From NCBI GenBank assembly GCA_965652295.1, contig CBFGTS010000008.1:96001-160000 (forward strand): a DNA stretch of 64,000 bases. Direction: 5' to 3'. The notes below the pieces were generated by a model that saw nothing but the letters and a program-made list of their open reading frames with translations, was not told the origin of the DNA and did not search any database. Positions 58,915 to 64,000 of this stretch are shown in pieces. The position numbers were made by a program, and so were the translations under genes. The stretch's first letter is position 1; each line of letters opens with the position of its first letter. The DNA is from an uncultured Haloferula sp. (GTDB lineage Bacteria > Verrucomicrobiota > Verrucomicrobiia > Verrucomicrobiales > Akkermansiaceae).

Positions 58915-60848
58915 GCGCCGGGGCTGGGTTGAAGGGGTGGAGGACGGCGGGTGGCGACGATACCTTCGGCCACGAGCAGGAGGAAACAGAAGAGGACCAG
59001 CCAAGGCCACCACTCGCCGGTCTTCGTCCCGGCGGCTTGGTCGGGCTCCGTTTGGACGGAAGGCGCAGGTGCGGTGGCATCGGGCAGCCCGTAGGCTTTG
59101 CGGAAGGTGGCGGCATCGACGGCGGCGACCGAGGCCTCGCCGGGGTCCGCCGCGACCACTTCGGCCGCGCCGTCGGGCAGGGAGTAGCTGCCGATTTCCC
59201 GGTTCTCACGGAGGCCCGGATGGCGAACGACCGCGCTGTGTTGCTGCGGTTGATAGCGGGTGAGGTGAGCGAAGAGGCTTTTCACCAAAGGCACGAACAA
59301 CGGCTCGCGGGGAAGATCGGTCCACTCGCGGGTCAGGCCGTGCGCGAGCACGATGACCGGCCCGGCGGCGGGGTCGGTGGCGACTTTTTCCAGCAGCACC
59401 GGATGCCCGCCTTCAAGCGTGGCGAGCGGTTTCCAGCCCTCGCCATGATGGATCAGGAACGCATCGCGCCAGGTCAGCAGTCGCAGGTCACCGCCATCAG
59501 GCTCATGGAAAGGCGATAGGGCGGGGTGCTCCCGGTCCCACGAGGCGAGGTGGCGCTCCAGCATGCCGCCCCGGAGATCGACGGAGGACGGGAAAAGCCC
59601 GAGATCGGCGAGCAGGGCGGTGGCTTCCGGCGTCCAGCGGGCGTCGATGGCGATGAAAAGCCCGGCTCCGGCGGCGACGCGGGCGGCGATCTCGCGGGCA
59701 TCGCTGAAGGAAATCTGCGTGGGACCGCAGAGGGCGATGGCGGAAAACGCGTCGAGATCGATCGCCCCGAGCGGCGCGGCACTGGTGTCGTCCCCGGTGG
59801 GCTCCCGTCCGGCGATACCGTAGCGGATCTCCGGGCGGAAGGGCGAGAGTCCGTGGGCGGCTCCGGACGCGGCGAGGGCCTTGTCGAGGAAGTAGCCTTG
59901 GCCCTCGAACGGGGTGCTGCCCGGCGAGCCGTCGAGGATGAGCACCGGTTCCGGTTCCATCCAGCGTATGGCGAAGGGCCGTTGGTCGTCGGCAGGCCAA
60001 GCGTCGTTTCCTGCCAAGGACACCGTGCCGCGGACGACCTCGCGTGGCGGACGGAAGGAAAACAGCGCCCGCGCCAGACCCGCAGGGACGGCTTGCTTCA
60101 GGTTGAGTCCTTCGGCCGAAAGGGTGATCTCGCGTGGATGATCGGCGGGCGTGACGCGGGCCTCGATCTGCATTTCCTCGGTGACGAAGGGCGTGATCAG
60201 CTCGGCGGACAGGACGGCGTCATTGTTGTCGGAGGGCGCCTCGATGGCGATCGCCTCCACCGGCACCCGCGGCGGCCAGACGCGCGGTGGCGAGCTGGGA
60301 AGGGCGGCGGTCGCGAAGTGTCCGGCGATGATCACGCGACCGGATTCCAGGCCTTCGTTTCTCAAGTGCTCGAGTGCCCAGTCGAGCGCTTGTCCGACAT
60401 CACCCGCCGCCCCGGGAATGGAGCGGTAGTCTTCGAGGCGATCGAGCACTTCGACGCCATCGGTGAAACGGGCGAAGGTTACGGTTTCGTCGGGATCGAG
60501 CGCCTTGCGGGCTGCTTTGGCCGCTTCTTCCGCCATCTCGCGGGTCATGCTGCCGGAGGCGTCGAGAAGGACGATGGTTTTCCCTCCGGCGGAGTTCGTT
60601 TCGGTCGCGCTCGGGAAGAACGGCCGGGCGAAGATCAGCGCGAGAAGCGCGACCGCGGTGACTCGCAGCAGCAGGAGCAGGCGTTCCTCGATGCGCAGCC
60701 GACGGGTACGTTTCTTTTCCGCGAGGTGGAGAAAGCGCAGCGTGCCGATGGCGAACTCCTTGAATTTCCGTCGCTGGCTCAGGTGGATGACCACCGGAAT
60801 CACGGCGGTGGCCAGGGCGAAAAGAAAGGCGGGGTGGAGCAAGGACAT
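58911..60848 (-). CDS. BatA-domain/VWA membrane protein
   Basis: LLHPAFL...PVVIHL...LRFL...LLLLLR...ARP N-terminus; LDASGSM; C-terminal TM. Confidence 0.88.
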   Translation of the reverse strand: MSLLHPAFLFALATAVIPVVIHLSQRRKFKEFAIGTLRFLHLAEKKRTRRLRIEERLLLLLRVTAVALLALIFARPFFPSATETNSAGGKTIVLLDASGSMTREMAEEAAKAARKALDPDETVTFARFTDGVEVLDRLEDYRSIPGAAGDVGQALDWALEHLRNEGLESGRVIIAGHFATAALPSSPPRVWPPRVPVEAIAIEAPSDNNDAVLSAELITPFVTEEMQIEARVTPADHPREITLSAEGLNLKQAVPAGLARALFSFRPPREVVRGTVSLAGNDAWPADDQRPFAIRWMEPEPVLILDGSPGSTPFEGQGYFLDKALAASGAAHGLSPFRPEIRYGIAGREPTGDDTSAAPLGAIDLDAFSAIALCGPTQISFSDAREIAARVAAGAGLFIAIDARWTPEATALLADLGLFPSSVDLRGGMLERHLASWDREHPALSPFHEPDGGDLRLLTWRDAFLIHHGEGWKPLATLEGGHPVLLEKVATDPAAGPVIVLAHGLTREWTDLPREPLFVPLVKSLFAHLTRYQPQQHSAVVRHPGLRENREIGSYSLPDGAAEVVAADPGEASVAAVDAATFRKAYGLPDATAPAPSVQTEPDQAAGTKTGEWWPWLVLFCFLLLVAEGIVATRRPPPLQPSPGA

Positions 60849-60933
60849 CGGCAGCTTGCATGAGCTATCAACATTGCCGGGCGAGGCAAAGGAAGAGTTG
60901 CCACCCCCGGCCATCTTGTTAGCGTGCGCCAGC

Positions 60934-61785
60934 ATGCCGGAAAGCCACGCCCTTGCGCAGCGATCGCGCCGTCACCGCCTCATGCGGTGCGGAGTGGCAG
61001 CTGCGCTGGTGCTGGCTCCGATGGCCCTCGCCGCGCCGAAAATCTGGATGTTCACCGGCGATCCGGGCGATCAGGAACACCATCAGCGCTTCGAGAAGCA
61101 ACTGACCGAGTGGCGGCGGATATTTCAACGGACTTATGGGGTGTCTGCGGCGGACATGAAGGTGTTCTACGGCCCGCTCGACGCCGGATATCATGGAGTT
61201 TGCACCAAGGAAACGCTGCTGGCGGAGTTGAAGGAAGCGGCCGCTGCGACGCGGGATGGGCATGAGGTATGGCTGATCTTCCAAGGTCATGGGAACACGA
61301 TCCCAGGTGGCGCGCTTTTCAATCTGCCCGGTCCCGATGCCTCAGCGCGCGAGATTTCCGAAGCGTTGGAGACGGCCTCGCCGGACACGCCGATGGTGGT
61401 CTTTGTCACCATGGCGGGGAGTGAAAACTACCTGCGGCCCCTGGCGGTGCCGGGGCGGGTGGTGGTGACGGCGAACTCCAAGGGCGACCCGGAGAACGAG
61501 AACGACTTTCCACTGGCCTTCACCGCGGCGCTCGAGGAGCGGGAAAGTGATCTGGATGGTGATGGCATACTCTCCGTCACCGAGCTGTTCCGCGCCTGCC
61601 ATGCCCGCATCGAGGCCATGGCCACCAGCAAAGGTTACATGATCCGCGAGCATGCCCAGATGGATGGCAATGGCGACGGCCGGGGCAGCCGCCGGCCGGC
61701 ACTGGCCGATGCCGAACCTGCGTCACGGATCGGTCTGCGCATCGGCGGCGGTGCCGCCGACGGTGCTCCACCGGACTTCGATTGA
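60934..61785 (+). CDS. Secreted caspase/legumain-like fold protein with EF-hand-like loop
   Basis: Signal peptide, WLIFQGHG, RVVVTA, DLDGDGILSVTELF, EHAQMDGNGDG; start 60934 or 60982. Confidence 0.7.
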   Translation: MPESHALAQRSRRHRLMRCGVAAALVLAPMALAAPKIWMFTGDPGDQEHHQRFEKQLTEWRRIFQRTYGVSAADMKVFYGPLDAGYHGVCTKETLLAELKEAAAATRDGHEVWLIFQGHGNTIPGGALFNLPGPDASAREISEALETASPDTPMVVFVTMAGSENYLRPLAVPGRVVVTANSKGDPENENDFPLAFTAALEERESDLDGDGILSVTELFRACHARIEAMATSKGYMIREHAQMDGNGDGRGSRRPALADAEPASRIGLRIGGGAADGAPPDFD

Positions 61786-61812
61786 TCTCCTTTTTTCCTG
61801 CAAACAGACCCC

Positions 61813-62790
<978 letters not shown>

Positions 62791-62794
62791 TTTC

Positions 62795-63673
62795 ATGACC
62801 GCGACTTCCGTCATGGATCCCGAGGTATTCCTCGCGGTGGACGATCTTGAACTCGTCGGCCGTGGCTTGGCGGAATCGGTCTGGCACGGCCGTCATGGAT
62901 CACGACGGAGTGGCTCGGGGACCGAGTTTCACCGTCACCGCGGCTATCTGGCGGGTGACGATCTGCGGCGGGTGAACTGGGCGCTCTATGCCCGGCACCG
63001 GCGGCTCTACACGAAGGAAAGCCGGCTCGAATCGCGGCGGCCGCTGCATGTGATGGTCGATGCGACCGGCTCCATGGCCACGGCGCACGGGCGGTGGACG
63101 AAGCTTCATTACGCCGTGCGGATCGCGGCGGGGTTGAGTTGGTTGGCGGAGGGCCAGGGCGATCCGGTTGCCCTGGCGTTGGTCCGGGAGGGCCTGGAGG
63201 GCGTGGTCGAGCCCGGCAGCGGGCAGCGTCACTTCGCCGGCATCTGCGCCGCCCTGGCATCCGCGGAGCCCGAAGGTACGGGTGATCTAACGGTGGTCGC
63301 GGAACAGATCCCGGTCTTTTGCAAGCAGCCGGGATTCGTGGTGGTGCTGTCGGATTTTTTCGAAAACGAAAACCGCTGGCTGGCGGAACTCGCGGGACTG
63401 AAGGCGCGGGGTCACGATGTGATGGCGCTGCAGATCCTCGACCCGGCGGAGGTCGAGCTGCCGGAGAAGGGCGACTTCGAATTCCTCGACCTTGAATCCG
63501 GCTCGCGGCTCAAGACGAGCGCCGAGGCGCTGCGGACCGAGCACAGGGAGGTGGTCGCCGGTTGGCGCGCGGGCTTGAGGTCCGAGGCCCACGCCCGCGG
63601 CATCCGCTGGACGGGCGCGACGACGGACGAGCCGATGGTGCCGCTGCTGCGCGAGTGGCTGGACCGCCGATGA
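62795..63673 (+). CDS. DUF58 domain protein
   Basis: G.H.S...GSGTEF..HR.Y..GDDLRRVNW, VDATGSM, LSDFF. Confidence 0.92.
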   Translation: MTATSVMDPEVFLAVDDLELVGRGLAESVWHGRHGSRRSGSGTEFHRHRGYLAGDDLRRVNWALYARHRRLYTKESRLESRRPLHVMVDATGSMATAHGRWTKLHYAVRIAAGLSWLAEGQGDPVALALVREGLEGVVEPGSGQRHFAGICAALASAEPEGTGDLTVVAEQIPVFCKQPGFVVVLSDFFENENRWLAELAGLKARGHDVMALQILDPAEVELPEKGDFEFLDLESGSRLKTSAEALRTEHREVVAGWRAGLRSEAHARGIRWTGATTDEPMVPLLREWLDRR

Positions 63674-63691
63674 AGGAACCGGCGCTGCTTG

Positions 63692-64000
63692 TCAGAACCT
63701 CCAACCGAGGCCGACGGTGACGCCGAGGGCGTCGATGCCGGGGTTCGGGGAGGTCTGGCCGCCGTTGGAGTGATGGACAAAGTACGCGCCGCCTAGTAGC
63801 GAGACGTTTTCACACAACTCACGGCGCAGGCCGAGGTTGGCGAACCAGTTCAGGGTGAAATCCTGGCCCTGGCCGCCGGGAACGCGGGTGGAGTCGGTGA
63901 GGCCGATGCCGCCGCCGATGGAGAAGAACGCGGACGTCGCCTCGTCGGCGAACCAATACTCGATCGAGGGCGCGCCGGAGACGCCGAGGTAGGCGGTTTC
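63692..64000 (-). CDS. Acyloxyacyl hydrolase / PagL-like outer-membrane beta-barrel (5' end outside the window)
   Basis: Manual translation: ...GGQGQDFTLNW...YFVHHSNGGQTSPNPGIDALG..VGLGWRF*; HxSN motif and terminal Phe. Confidence 0.8.
   Translation of the reverse strand, partial: ETAYLGVSGAPSIEYWFADEATSAFFSIGGGIGLTDSTRVPGGQGQDFTLNWFANLGLRRELCENVSLLGGAYFVHHSNGGQTSPNPGIDALGVTVGLGWRF

Overview
High-GC chromosomal window, most likely from a Verrucomicrobiota bacterium (Haloferula/Luteolibacter-like). That assignment is inferred from the PEP-CTERM protein, GYF-domain proteins, lectin-linked Ser/Thr kinase and MoxR-BatA cluster. Housekeeping genes: aspS, hisS, recF, ribE, tRNA-Ala(GGC), bioF, clpB, ilvC, ndk, pqiABC, rpoZ, smpB, rpsO, pnp, lysS and an ABC-F ATPase. 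The most notable accessory signals are: (1) a GxxExxY PD-(D/E)XK nuclease gene between hisS and aspS, bracketed by a perfect 19-bp inverted repeat and so looking like a minimal mobile or RNA-structured cassette, with degenerate copies of the repeat elsewhere; (2) a polyvalent-protein-type kinase split across two frames exactly at an in-frame T_TTA_AAG slippery heptamer; (3) a histidine kinase with an ETR1-like ethylene-binding domain; (4) a TrhO-RluA fusion behind a tRNA gene; (5) a divergent MoxR/DUF58/BatA/VWA cluster with an embedded HtrA protease, an M42 peptidase and a caspase-like pseudoenzyme; (6) GTAG-type REP elements and short heptamer-repeat tracts. No CRISPR array, integrase or transposase was seen. 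All family assignments come from motif recognition by eye, not database searches.
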